From: Eledone cirrhosa
Lineage: Eukaryota
Length of the DNA: 64,000 nucleotides
Direction: 5' to 3'
NCBI GenBank assembly: GCA_964016885.1
Contig: OZ024756.1
Location: 39,804,001 to 39,868,000 of the forward strand
The notes under the pieces are model-generated. The model was not told the origin of the DNA and ran no database searches. It saw nothing but the letters and a program-made list of their open reading frames with translations. Shown here one piece after another: positions 43,010-56,529 of the stretch; positions within the stretch are counted from its first letter, which is position 1; every line of letters starts with the position of its first letter. A program made the translations under genes and the position numbers.

Positions 43010-43335
43010 CATTTTACGTCCGCTTTTCCCTGCTTGCAAGGGTGGGACGGGAACTGATTCTGGCTTGATTTCTACAGCTGGATGCCCTTCCTAACACCAA
43101 CCTCATTTACAGTGAGTGCTGGGTGCTTTTTTGCCGTGGCACCTACACGACCACTTTGCAGTGGAATGATAGGGACCTCAGTCCCTATCATCTCATTTCT
43201 ACAGCTGAGTAAACTGGAGCAATTTGAAATAAAGTGTCTTGCTCAAGGAAACAACACACCACCCGGTCTGAGAATTGAACTCACAACCTTTCGATTGCAA
43301 GGCCAATGCTCTAACCACTAAGCCATGTGCCTCCA
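43010..43335 (-). mobile_element. Full-length tRNA-derived SINE with RTE-derived 3' tail
   Basis: A box TGGCTTAGTGG, B box GTTCAATTC and central CCTTGAGCAAGACACTT. The 3' end matches the LINE tail at 3120-3165. Copies at 12320-12582 and 28510-28885 (minus). Confidence 0.85.
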
Positions 43336-43354
43336 TTATATATATATATATATA

Positions 43355-43761
43355 AGCAAAAGGGATATTCAATTTGTTGCTAATTCAACAAATATAAATG
43401 TTTATAACTGATTCGGAGCACTCAACAGCCTTTCTGGAGTATAATATTCAATGATATTAAATAAATGGAAACTATATTTATAAAACCATATTTATTCTAT
43501 TATATATATTTCAAGGGTACCAAAACTTTGGTACGCTTTCATCAGATAAAATACAAAGTTTGTTTTATAAATTTTGACATAACCAAGAAAAATACCTTAA
43601 CGGTTCAAGTTTTCCTTGGATAGTGTAAAAAAATTTATAAAGCACACTTCGTATTTTATCTGATGAAAGCGTACCAAAGTTTTGGTACCCCTGAAATATA
43701 TATAATAGAATAAATATGGTTTTATAAATATAGTTTCCATTTATTTAATATCATTGAATAT
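43355..43761. mobile_element. (TA)n-flanked fold-back Penelope-like element (19914 family)
   Basis: Arms ~43444-43558 and 43647-43761, each containing a hammerhead. The 3' tail is on the minus strand at 43355-43443. Confidence 0.7.
43652..43712 (+). ncRNA. Minimal type I hammerhead ribozyme (Penelope-type)
   Basis: Stem I TATTTTAT(43652-59)/ATAGAATA(43705-12). Core CTGATGA at 43660-66. Stem II contains GTACCAAA/TTTGGTAC. GAAA at 43693-96. Tiny stem III with palindromic AUAU loop and predicted AUA cleavage after 43704. An inverted twin lies at ~43493-43553. Confidence 0.75.
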
Positions 43762-43810
43762 ATATATATATGTATATATATATATGTATGTATATATGTG
43801 TGTGTGTATA

Positions 43811-43862
<52 letters not shown>

Positions 43863-44334
43863 AATGTATGTGTGTGGTAGTTTTATGAAAAAATTGTTTG
43901 AGATGGCCTTGTGCATTGATAATGGTGACTGTGCTCTTGTTTTAGTGTTGGTGACAAAGTTTGTATTGTATTGTTGGTGGTGATGATGATGGTGTTGGTG
44001 ATAGTGGCAGCTGTAGTGGTGCTGGTGGTGGTGGTGCTGGTGCAATTGTAGTATAGTTGATACATTGTGATGGAGATTAAGTCTGTGTGTCAAGGTTTAC
44101 CAGTGAGCTAAGTACACCAAGGATGTGACAGCACACCATGACGGATGTGGTGGTGGTGGCGGTGGCTGGTGAGGGGGTGGGGTCTTGGTGGCTGGTTAGG
44201 GGGGTGGGGTGGGGGTTCTGTTGGGTCACTTTGGTTTTATTTTTTGTTCATTAGGAAAAACAAATTATTGTTGATTCATTGGAATTGTTTTTGTTTGATG
44301 CAGCTGGTGTTTGTCATAACAGCTGTTAGGATAG

Positions 44335-46480
44335 TTGTTGTTATTGCTGTTGTTGTTGTTATGACTGGTGTTGTTACTGCTGTTGTTGTTGTTATGACTG
44401 GTGTTATTACTGCTGTTGTTGTTGTTATGACTGGTGTTGTTACTGCTGTTGTTATTGTTATGACTGGTGTTGTTACTGCTGTTGTTATTGCTGTTGTTGT
44501 TGTTATGACTGGTGTTGTTACTGCTGTTGTTGTTGTTATGACTGGTGTTATTACTGCTGTTGTTATTGCTGTTGTTGTTGTTATGACTGGTGTTGTTACT
44601 GCTGTTGTTGTTGTTATGACTGGTGTTGTTACTGCTGTTGTTATTGCTGTTGTTGTTGTTATGACTGGTGTTGTTACTGCTGTTGTTGTTGTTATGACTG
44701 GTGTTGTTACTGCTGTTGTTATTGCTGTTGTTGTTGTTATGACTGGTGTTGTTACTGCTGTTGTTATTGTTATGACTGGTGTTGTTACTGCTGTTGTTAT
44801 TGCTGTTGTTGTTGTTATGACTGGTGTTGTTACTGCTGTTGTTATTGTTATGACTGGTGTTGTTACTGCTGTTGTTATTGCTGTTGTTGTTGTTATGACT
44901 GGTGTTGTTACTGCTGTTGTTGTTGTTATGACTGGTGTTGTTACTGCTGTTGTTATTGCTGTTGTTGTTGTTATGACTGGTGTTGTTACTGCTGTTGTTG
45001 TTGTTATGACTGGTGTTGTTACTGCTGTTGTTATTGCTGTTGTTGTTGTTATGACTGGTGTTGTTACTGCTGTTGTTATTGTTATGACTGGTGTTGTTAC
45101 TGCTGTTGTTATTGCTGTTGTTGTTGTTATGACTGGTGTTGTTACTGCTGTTGTTATTGTTATGACTGGTGTTGTTACTGCTGTTGTTATTGCTGTTGTT
45201 GTTGTTATGACTGGTGTTGTTACTGCTGTTGTTGTTGTTATGACTGGTGTTGTTACTGCTGTTGTTATTGCTGTTGTTGTTGTTATGACTGGTGTTGTTA
45301 CTGCTGTTGTTGTTGTTATGACTGGTGTTGTTACTGCTGTTGTTATTGCTGTTGTTGTTGTTATGACTGGTGTTGTTACTGCTGTTGTTATTGTTATGAC
45401 TGGTGTTGTTACTGCTGTTGTTATTGCTTTTGTTGTTGTTATGACTGGTGTTATTACTGCTGTTGTTATTGCTGTTGTTGTTGTTATGACTGGTGTTGTT
45501 ACTGCTGTTGTTGTTGTTATGACTGGTGTTGTTACTGCTGTTGTTATTGTTATGACTGGTGTTGTTACTGCTGTTGTTATTGCTTTTGTTGTTGTTATGA
45601 CTGGTGTTATTACTGCTGTTGTTATTGCTGTTGTTGTTGTTATGACTGGTGTTGTTACTGCTGTTGTTGTTGTTATGACTGGTGTTGTTACTGCTGTTGT
45701 TATTGCTGTTGTTGTTGTTATGACTGGTGTTGTTACTGCGGTTGTTATTGCTGTTGTTGTTGTTATGACTGGTGTTATTACTACTGTTGTTATTGCTGTT
45801 GTTGTTGTTATGACTGGTGTTGTTACTGCGGTTGTTGTTGTTATGACTGGTGTTGTTACTGCTGTTGTTATTGCTGTTGTTGTTGTTATGACTGGTGTTA
45901 TTACTACTGTTGTTATTGCTGTTGTTGTTGTTATGACTGGTGTTGTTACTGCTGTTGTTATTGCTGTTGTTGTTGTTGTTATTATTACTGTTGTTGTTGT
46001 TGTTGTTATTACTGTTGTTATGACTGGTGTTACTGCTGTTGTTGTTGTTGTTATTACTGTTGTTATGACTGGTGTTGTTACTGCTGTTATGACTGTTGTT
46101 ACTGCTGTTGTTATTACTGTTGTTGTTGTTGTTGTTGTTACTGTTGTTATGACTGATGTTGTTACTGCTATTGTTGTTGTTGTTACTGCTGTTATGACTG
46201 GTGTTATTACTGCTGTTGTTATTACTGTTGTTATTGTTGTTGTTATTACTGTTGTTGTTGTTGTTGTTACTGTTGTTGTTGTTGTTGTTATTACTGTTGT
46301 TATGACTGGTGTTACTGCTGTTGTTGTTGTTGTTATTACTGCTGTTATGACTGCTGTTACTGCTGTTGTTATTACTGTTGTTGTTGTTGTTATTATTACT
46401 GTTGTTGTTGTTGTTATTACTGTTGTTATTACTGTTGTTGTTACTGCTGTTGGTATTACTGTTGTTGTTGTTGTTGTTAC
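44335..46480. repeat. (GTT)-based compound minisatellite
   Basis: Recurring atgactggtgttgttactgctgttgtt(attgctgttgtt)gttgtt. Confidence 0.95.
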
Positions 46481-47095
46481 AGTTGTAACTGTTTTTCACC
46501 AAATCAATTGAACTTCAAAAATGTGAAGTTGAAACAAACAAACAACAACAATAATAATAATAATAGTTCCCGATATAGGCACAAGGCCAACAATTTGAAG
46601 GGGAGGGGATAGTCGATTAAATCGACTCCAGTGTATTACTGGTACTTTATTTTATCGACCCTGTAAGGATGAAATACAAAGCTAATCTTGGCAGGATTTA
46701 AAGTCAGAAGATAAAGAGCTGTAACTATACAATAACTGTTTCTACTATTGGGGGCACAAGGCCAGCAATTACTCCAGTGAATTACTGGTACTTTATTTTA
46801 TCGACCCTGTAAGGATGAAAGGCAGAGCTAACCTAGCCGCGATTTGAACTCAGACCGTAAAGGGGCGTAACTCTATGCTGGAAAGTGAATGTAAAAAATA
46901 ACATTCTATGAATGTTAAAAGGCATTCCCAGTGTTTGCTTTGTTTTTTTGTTTTTTTTTTTTGTTGTTTTCTCTCCTCTTAAAAAAAAAAATCTGTTGTT
47001 GAACTTTTCAAGTGTCATTGATTTACCTGTGTCCCATTTTGTTGTCTTTGACTGAAAGGTGTTAATCCTAGTCTGTCTGTTCTCTCTTATTACAG

Positions 47096-47125
47096 GTAAG
47101 TACAGATACAATAAGCATAATATCG
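47096..47125 (+). CDS. Probable 30-nt symmetric (phase 1/1) microexon of the Rost-like gene, encoding GKYRYNKHNI
   Basis: Pyrimidine tract gtctgtctgttctctcttattacag|, then GTAAGTACAGATACAATAAGCATAATATCG, then |gtaagg. The length is a multiple of 3, the required frame is open and the phases match both flanking exons. Confidence 0.6.
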
Positions 47126-47326
47126 GTAAGGTGGATTCCATATTTTTCGCTCGTTGTCGTCATATGCTTAAGTGTCTTTTTGTGACTTGCTACTTTCCAA
47201 ACTTTAACGAAGCTTCTTGTTAATTTTCTGTTTTATGCAAGGACTAAGCCTGGTTAATCTCCCAAGTTTGGTGCCGATGAGGGGGAGGGGATGGGAATAA
47301 AATTGGTCAATCTCCTAGGTTTGGTA

Positions 47327-48185
47327 CAAGGGTAGAATTTGAACAACCAAGGGTAGAATTTGAACAATCAAGGGTAGAATTTGAACAATCAAGGGTAGAA
47401 TTTGAACAACCAAGGGTAGAATTTGAACAACCAAGGGTAGAATTTGAACAATCAAGAGTAGAATTTGAACAACCAAGGGTAGAATTTGAACAACCAAGGG
47501 TAGAATTTGAACAATCAAGAGTAGAATTTGAACAACCAAGTGTAGAATTTAAACAATCAAGGGTAGAATTTGAACAACCAAGGGTAGAATTTGAACAATC
47601 AAGGGTAGAATTTGAACAACCAAGGGTAGAATTTGAACAATCAAGGGTAGAATTTGAACAATCAAGGGTAGAATTTGAACAACCAAGGGTAGAATTTGAA
47701 CAACCAAGGGTAGAATTTGAACAATCAAGGGTAGAATTTGAACAACCAAGGGTAGAATTTGAACAACCAAGGGTAGAATTTGAACAATCAAGAGTAGAAT
47801 TTGAACAACCAAGGGTAGAATTTGAACAACCAAGGGTAGAATTTAAACAACCAAGGGTAGAATTTGAACAACCAAGGGTAGAATTTGAACAATCAAGGGT
47901 AGAATTTGAACAATCAAGAGTAGAATTTGAACAACCAAGGGTAGAATTTGAACAATCAAGAGTAGAATTTGAACAACCAAGGGTAAAATTTGAACAATCA
48001 AGGGTAGAATTTGAACAACCAAGGGTAGAATTTGAACAATCAAGGGTAGAATTTGAACAACCAAGGGTAGAATTTGAACAACCAAGGGTAGAATTTGAAC
48101 AACCAAGGGTAGAATTTGAACAATCAAGGGTAGAATTTGAACAGCTAAGGGTAGAATTTGAACAACCAAGGGTAGAATTTGAACA
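47327..48185. repeat. 21-bp minisatellite, ~41 copies
   Basis: Unit caagggtagaatttgaacaaY. Confidence 0.97.
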
Positions 48186-49252
48186 TGGCAGTAAATGGCA
48201 TCATAAAAACATAAATCACAAAGGATTGACCTTTGAACTTTGTGAATTAACACCATCTCTCCTTCAACTATTTCGCAATACCTTATAAGGAGAACGGGAG
48301 TTCACACACAGGAATATAGAAATATTTGAATGTTATCTTGATAATACCACAACTGTTTAACATTTCGGCTCTACTCTATGATGATGCTTCTGGGATCGCT
48401 GGCTTAGGGTGACCCCAGCCTCGTCAAGTAAGAGCAAAAAGAAGAAGTTTAACATTATCTGTTTAAGGTGAGAGACTGGCTTAGTATTAATGCAAAGAGG
48501 AGTCAGTATTGCTGGATGGGTGTGTATTAGAGTAAAGTTATGTCAGGTATGTTTCTGTGTGGGTCTGTGTATGTACATGTGTATGTGGGTCTGTGTATGT
48601 ACATGTGTGTGTGGGTCTGTGTATGTACATGTGTGTGTGGGTCTGTGTATGTACATGTGTGTGTGGGACCTACAGACCTAAAGCTATAGATTTAAGAAAA
48701 ATATCAATGAAGGAAATCACTCAACCACTCTAGTTGTTAAACAACACCTGTTAACCCTACCTGTCCAACACCACCTGTTAACCCTACCTGTCCAACACCC
48801 ACCTGTCCAGCCCCACCTGTCCAACACCCACCTGTCCAACACCCACCTGTTAACCCCACCTGTCCATCACCCACAAGTCCAACCCCACCTGTCCAATACC
48901 ACAAGTGGAGAAGCAGTCCTATAACCAATATAAATAAGCTGGTAATGTAATGTTGAAACTTCATCTAGTAATGGATTACCAAACGGTCCAGTAGAACAGA
49001 GTGGATAGTTTAAAGGTCGAAGGTCAAATATATTTGGAGATATTTTGCTGATTTGTTCAGTTGAGAATGATCTTTTTTTTTTTGTTTTTCTTTTTGTTTG
49101 TTTTTCTTTTGCCTTTCTGCATTTTCTTTTTCTTATTCTTGATGTTGTTGTTCTCTATTCTAGCATGGGTTGGATAGATATGCAAATATGTTATTTGCAT
49201 GAATTTATTGAAAACTGTTGTGTGTGTTTTTTTTACAGCTGAATGTATTTAA

Positions 49253-49461
49253 CCCTTCAGCATTTACATTACTCTATATATATTATTGTATTTTCACGGT
49301 AAACGCTTTACCTCACATAATTATCTCATAATATCGAATCTATGAGATTTTGATATTATTTATTTTGAGAACAATATCTTAATGTCAGTATGAGTGGCCA
49401 GTTACAGCCGGTTTGAACAGAAAGAGGTGAGAGAATTTTGGCCAGTTTAAATGCTAAAGGG
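49253..49461 (+). mobile_element. piggyBac-type MITE
   Basis: TTAA TSD with CCCTT...AAGGG termini. Confidence 0.82.
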
Positions 49462-49715
49462 TTAATTTCCATTCCATTTTAGGAACCTTCTTATCAACTC
49501 GAACCATATGCAGTTATCATCGTTTAAGACCTTGTTACTTCATTAAGACTCACTTCATTCATTATAAGCCTATAGGTCCATCACCAAGAGACATCCAGTA
49601 ACATAGCTAGAGTGTGTGCCACGCAGGGCAAACCTTCAGTTTGCTGTCCCCTGGGACCCCACAAAAAATACATATTGCTCAGTGATTCATATATATATAT
49701 ATATGTGTGTATATA

Positions 49716-50056
49716 AAAGGTAAACAGAAATAACAACACAATCAGTGCAGTATATGGAAGGGATATATTAGGTTAACGCTTGATGTAGCAGTAGGCAGGT
49801 CTTAATGTTTTGGACGCTAGTCCTTCATCAGAAGAAAGAATGAGAAATAAGATAGATTGAGGGGACGGGCGGGATGGAATTGGAAAAAATGTCTTATTGG
49901 GTATATTGAAGGTACTAGGGTAGGAGTGAGAAATAGATAGGTGAGAAGAAGAAGGTGGTGTAAGAAGATTTTAGTGGAGGAAAAGTGGTAGAGAGTCGTG
50001 GAATATTTAAATGCAAGAAGCAAAGAAAATTTCAATAATACGAAAGATTTCCGGGT
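49716..50056 (-). mobile_element. Penelope-like fragment (third family)
   Basis: Similar to 41918-42105, with a degenerate hammerhead at 49803-49831 and (TA)n flanks. Confidence 0.6.
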
Positions 50057-50060
50057 ATAT

Positions 50061-50113
<53 letters not shown>

Positions 50114-50445
50114 GTCTGTGTACAATTATAATATTATGCTACAGAATTAAAAGAAGATTTTATAGCCTACAGCAGACCCAAAAGTGCCACCTGGGGCAGA
50201 CCGGCCCCCTCTAGCTAGGCCATTGGAGACATGACCACCTTAGGGATTTCACGAGTGACTCCCTATTATCTCACATGTCCTTTTCTAAGGTAGTAAAGCG
50301 TGATTTAAAAAATATTTAGCTTCTGTTTCTTGCAGGTTGAGATTCCATGTTTGTTTGTAATTCAATGGTGAGGAAGTTGTGTCAAATGATAAATACTATT
50401 GTTCCATGTTCCATCCAACCATAACCCTCTCTCTTTATATTTCAG

Positions 50446-50574
50446 ATGCCCAATATTTTCTGAGTATGCCCATTCCTCTCAAGATACAATGGCTTCTCTA
50501 TAATCTCGCTGCCAACACAGCAATTGTCATCACAATATCCTACTGGTCCTTCATATTCTTCATGGAACATTCTA
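50446..50574 (+). CDS. Rost-like gene, internal coding exon (phase 1/1)
   Basis: ctctctctttatatttcag|AT ... TCTA|gtaagt. Reads (D)[42 protein letters not shown], matching the K..W.LYN.A...A..IT..YW motif of the Rost family. Confidence 0.9.
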
Positions 50575-50603
50575 GTAAGTAACATTCTCTCATCTCTCTC
50601 TTG

Positions 50604-50707
<104 letters not shown>

Positions 50708-50863
50708 CAGAAGATCCCATTAAGGGTGAAAGCAGCGATTCTTTGCTTAAACTTTAATCTGTTATTTTAATAAATATTTGTTCTAGGGTTCTTATATATT
50801 TGATATATATTTATCCTTATCGAGCCCTCTTTGGATTTTAGTCTTCACATTTATTATTATTAC
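50708..50863 (+). mobile_element. (TA)n-flanked pLTR fragment, fifth family
   Basis: CAGAAGA-tcccattaagggt-GAAAGC degenerate hammerhead core. Relatives at 12600-12672 (minus) and 63725-63927. Confidence 0.55.
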
Positions 50864-51763
50864 TATATATATATATATATATATGTGTTAGTATGTTAGT
50901 GTGTATGTGTGTATTTTATATATATATAATCTTCCTCTCTCTCTAGATTCACATTGTGTGGATCTGAGGATATTGTTTCAAACAGTTGCTATAGCTACCA
51001 TACAATGTGAACAAACCTATGATCAGATAATTGTGAATCAATTGGTTTCTCATTTAGGCAAAGGCCATTTTTCCCCCCCCCCCCAGTACTTGACTGGTAC
51101 TTTTTTTATCAACCTCGAATAGATGCAAGGCAAAGTTGACCTCGGCGGGATTTGAGCTCAGGACATAAAGGGCCGTGACTCTATGCTGCAACGCATTCTA
51201 TCCGATGCTCTAACGACTCTGCAAATTCACCGCCTTTTGAATTATCAATAACCCATGATGGTGGTGGTGGTGGTGGTGGCGGTGGTAATGCTGGTGATGG
51301 TGGTGGTGGTGGTGGTGGTGGTGGTGGTGGTGGTGGTGGCAGTGATGGTGATGATGGTGGTAATGATGATACCACAGATTTGCCTCGTTAGCTACTACAA
51401 TAATATTTCATGGTGCCACATCTCATCGAGATAACAACTTTGATGTTTACAATCAAATTTATCTCTGTATTATGGGTTTATTGTGTTTCTCCTTTGAAGT
51501 TATCCCCCAAAGGGTCTACCTGCTCACAGTTTGTTGTTTACATTAGAGATTGTACGTGTTCTTTTTCTGATATATTGATTGATCTTCACCATCTAATCAC
51601 TGTGTATTGGATCAGTTGACAAGATATTGATAATTTGGCCTGATCTAACTGGCATTGATAAGTAAATGTTAAACTAGATTAAAGCAGAGTATAAACATGA
51701 TTTCTATTTAAAAGCTTGGCAGCCTAATGGGACACGTACTATATCTAATTATAGAGTGTGTCG

Positions 51764-51840
<77 letters not shown>

Positions 51841-51918
51841 TATATATATATATATATATAGAAACGAGTAGGACCCCCGACGGCTGAGCTCAAGCCGTTC
51901 GACGGCTAATTCCTTCGT

Positions 51919-51952
<34 letters not shown>

Positions 51953-52094
51953 TAGAGAGAGTGAAGAGGTATATGTGTGTATATATATATATATATATGT
52001 GGGTGTGTGTGTGTGTGGTATGTGTGTATATATATACACATATACATATATATATATGTATATATGTATATATATATATACATATATATATGTA

Positions 52095-52220
<126 letters not shown>

Positions 52221-52494
52221 GAGAGAGTGAGAGAGAGGGAAGGTATATATGTGTGTATACACACATATATATGTATATAGATAGGTAGATAAACTATCAG
52301 TTATACAACACCACCTCTCCTTCACCCACACAACACACACCCTCCCCTTCACACAACACCACCTCCCACTTCACCCACCACTCCTCCCTCCATTCCAATC
52401 CTACATGTTAGAAGCCATCTTTAAAACTGCTGTCATTTCTTCTCTGAAACTAAATCTCGTCTGTTTTTTTTTTCTTTTCTACTTCTCTCTGCAG

Positions 52495-52970
52495 GGTTCT
52501 TAATGACCAACATGAGTAAAATGAAACATATGTTGAACACTGTCTACGTCATTCTTGACCTCATGATTTCCTCAAGACCAATCCGTATCTTCCATATGCT
52601 CTTCCCAGTGATGCTTGGCTCCATCTATGCCATCTTCAACGCCACCTATTTCCTGAACGACGGCACTATCCTCAACGGCCGCCACTACGCCTACAACGTA
52701 CTGAACTGGAATGTGCCAGCTGAGGCCATTGTTACGTGCATCCTTTGCATAGCACAGACCATCTTCAGTCAAGTAGTCCTCTACCATCTTGCTGCTGCAC
52801 GCGTGTGGCTGCATTCAAGGTTTTATGAGCCACACGAGCAGCTGCCCGAACATGACTCGGAGATGCAAAGCATCATGAGTGCCGACTCAACAACCTATCT
52901 TGCCACCGACTCTCAACTGGACACCAGCAGTACAACTGGTGCTATCACAACAAGCAACAATGTCCACTGA
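52495..52970 (+). CDS. Rost-like gene, last coding exon with stop codon
   Basis: Long pyrimidine tract ending ctgcag|GG. Reads (R)FLMTNMSKMKHMLNTVYVILDLMISSRPIRIFHMLFPVMLGSIYAIFNATYFLNDG...YAYNVLNWNVP...*, with the H..N, P.R..H...P...G..Y..F and Y.Y.VL.W..P motifs. Confidence 0.92.
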
Positions 52971-53561
52971 TTTTAAAAAGAGCGAGAAAGAGAGCAAGAG
53001 AGAAAAGGAGAGAGAGAGAGAGAGTGGATTGGTTTATTTTTCATGTTTCGCTTAAGTCAGACTCTTTGGGCAGCATTAGGGGCAGGGTTGGAAGGTTTTA
53101 AAGGATTTTATGCTTGGTGGATGAGGGTGGCAGGTTTTGCAGAGTGCAAGGAGGTTGAGGTTTCGTCTTTCGTGGTGTTTGTGGTGTTTTTCAGTACAAA
53201 ACCATGGAAAGGGTGGTTTGAGGAAAGTTGGTTATGATGGGACTGTGTGGATAAGTGGGTCTATATCATTGTTAAATTACAGGGGTGCGGGGGGTGTTAA
53301 TAAGGTAAACTCAGTTCCAATAGGGAAGAATTAACCTGAGAATTGCAATATAAATATAAATGGTGATTGGATTGTCAAATCCTTAAGCAAGTATTTTAGT
53401 TGATCTCTGTCAATGTCAGCACAATGGCTGGTGGGAGAGAATAGAAAGAGTCTTCCCAGTTACATGTTTTCTGAAAAAGAAGGAAATACATATGCATGCG
53501 TGTGTGTAGATGTGTGTGTGTGTGTGTGTGCATGCGTGTGTATATATATATATATGTATGT

Positions 53562-53755
53562 GTGAGTCCCAGTTTCAATCAGGGGTAACCACAGTAAGTA
53601 AGGTACTCAATACATTAGTAGAGAATAAACATAAAATTTTAAATAGAAATCGCTTCTACAGAACTAGAACTGTTTCATTCAAAAGATGATTTCTCTCGAA
53701 TGAAACAGTTCTAGTCTTGTAACAGCCATTTGTATTTCTATATTAAAAATGTTAT
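53562..53755. mobile_element. Fold-back pLTR fragment (35768 family) ~600 nt downstream of the Rost-like stop codon
   Basis: ctacagaactagaactgtttcattc / gaatgaaacagttctagtcttgta inverted arms. Confidence 0.6.
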
Positions 53756-54228
53756 ATATATATGTGTGTGTGTGAGTGTGTGTATATTTGTGTGTGTGTG
53801 TGAGTATCTGTATATTTGTGACAGTATATATGTGTGTAGGTATATAGGTGTATGTATGTGTGTGTAGGTATATAGGTGTATGTATGTGTGTGGGCACACA
53901 TACACATGAGAGAGAAAGAGAACGAACCAGAATTGCCAATTACTTTTTTAAAAGAAAAACAATGTGTATTTTTATTGTTTTGTTGAACTCTGAGATATTC
54001 CTCTGGGGAAATGGATGTAGCACTAAAACATTGCTTATATTTGTAAAACAGGATCACCAGAAGAAGGTACTAGTTTCAACAGAGGAATGGTATATATATA
54101 TATATATGTGTATATATATATATATACATATATATATGTGTATATATATATATATACATATATATATGTGTATATATATATATATACATATATAAATATG
54201 TGTATATATATATATATGTGTGTGTGTG

Positions 54229-54259
<31 letters not shown>

Positions 54260-54641
54260 GTGTATATATATATATATGTGTGTGTGTGTATATATATGTG
54301 TGTGTGTGTGTGTGTATATTTATGTATTAGCGTCGGGCTTAAAATCCTGAGGTTGTGTGTTCAAATTCTCGGACTGGGCTTTACACTGTTTCCTTGAGCG
54401 AGACCCTTTATTTCACGTTGCTCCAGTGGCGTGGAGAGGGGTAGACTGGTGGTGTGATGAGGTTTGGTGAAAGGTGGTGGTTCTCTGATCCCACTCCCCA
54501 TCATAACAACTGCTGCTAACATCAAAAGTATTAAATAATAATAATAATGGTTTCATTTATTGGCCACAAGGGCCAACATGTAATAATAATATAAAATTAT
54601 TTTGCTGATTCTGTCCCCTCTTTTCTCTACAAGTAATCAAT

Positions 54642-54677
<36 letters not shown>

Positions 54678-55553
54678 CATTCACCTTACTACTACCACTA
54701 CCACTACCACCAGGTAAAGACTATCTTCCAAATGCTAGGGCTCTGTTTTGTTTTGCTGGAGGTTGGGGAGGTCTGAGGACTCAATACTTCCTGGGTGAGT
54801 ACACTAATAAAAGTACATCATATATACACACACACACACCTGTACACACGTATACACTCATATACACACACATACATACTCACACACACCTACACCTAGA
54901 CATACACACACCTGCACACACGTACATACGCAGAGGAGGAATACAAGGTGACATTAACATACCTGGCACATACACACACACACACCTGCACACACACACA
55001 CACACATACACACCTGCACCTACACACACCCACACCTACATGTGCATATAGGAGGAATACAAGCTGATGTTAACATTCTTGGCACACACACTCACACACA
55101 CACCTACACCTACACACACATACTTACACACACACACACACACACCTACACACACACACACACACACCTACACCTACACACACATACTTACACACACACA
55201 CACACACACCTACACACACACACACACACTCACACACACACCTACACACACATACTTACACACACACACACACACACCTACACACACACACACACACACT
55301 CACACACACACCTACACCTACACACATACTTACACACACACACACACCTACACACACACAGACTCACACACACACACCTACACACAGTGAAGAAGGTTTA
55401 GTGATGTAGAAGCCGTCTCTTCCGGAAGATTCCTACAATTTAGGAAATTCCTCATTGGGAAATCCCAGCCCACTCCTTCCTCCCGGGATGTTTCTTGTTG
55501 ATATTTGTTTCTCTGGAATTCTCTCTTGCTAACTGTTGCTGCTCACACAATGA

Positions 55554-55587
<34 letters not shown>

Positions 55588-56529
55588 GGTGGTGGTGGTG
55601 TCCCTGGGAAAAACATTAATGACCTCCCCCCCCTCACCCCCCCCCCCCGTTCCACCTCCTTTCTGATCCTATTCATCCCTATTTCTATCTTCCTCTACAT
55701 GTGAAATTGTTGTTGTTTCTGTTGTTGTTGTTGTGAAGCTATGGTGGTGGTGGTGGTGGTGGGCTTCCCAGTTAAACATTTGGTAAGGACCTACAGGGCC
55801 CCACAGAGAAGATATTTAGCTACAAACCCACATTCCTTATATAATGGTCAGCTGTGATGGGGTTCCCAGTTAAACATTTGGTAAGGACCTACAGATATTT
55901 AGCTAGAAACCCACACTCGTATCTTTATATAATAGTTTTCTGTTGTCTCACAGTTTAGGTTACATGTTCTTGTTGTTATTGTTATTATTCTTGTTTTTAT
56001 TGTATTCCAAATAGTCTCCACTGCCACTACTACAACTACCACAACAACAACAAACTTTTATCAAATCTGCTGGAGAAAACTGTGTCACATGTGATAATAA
56101 ACACAGATTCTTTCAAGTTGTTTTCCATTTGTGTTGAGCTGGATATCTTAAACTTTAACACTGGTTGGGCTGTATATCTCAAACTTTAACATGTTGAGCT
56201 GTATATCTCAAACTTTAAAACTGGTATTGTCACCAACAAAAGTATTTATTTCTGCAGGGAGTTTATTGTTATATATCTATTAACAGTTATTTTTGTAACA
56301 ATATGACTGAGTATTTGATGGTATTACTGGACTAATGGAAGCAATGCCCCATGTTATCTATTATATATATTCTGCTGTGTTGGTCAGTAGGACAAAAGGT
56401 TTAAATCTGTTCCAGCAGTTGGCCCTCAACTGTAACTCAACTCATCTTTTGTGTTTTTAGTGCTTCCCACTCTCAGGTGCCAATTTGCTACTAGTTGAAC
56501 TACATTATATATGTGTGTATATATATACA

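Noticed and set aside
44145-46511. 788-aa Val-rich and 745-aa Asn-rich ORFs
   Set aside because: (GTT)n-based compound repeat inside an intron.
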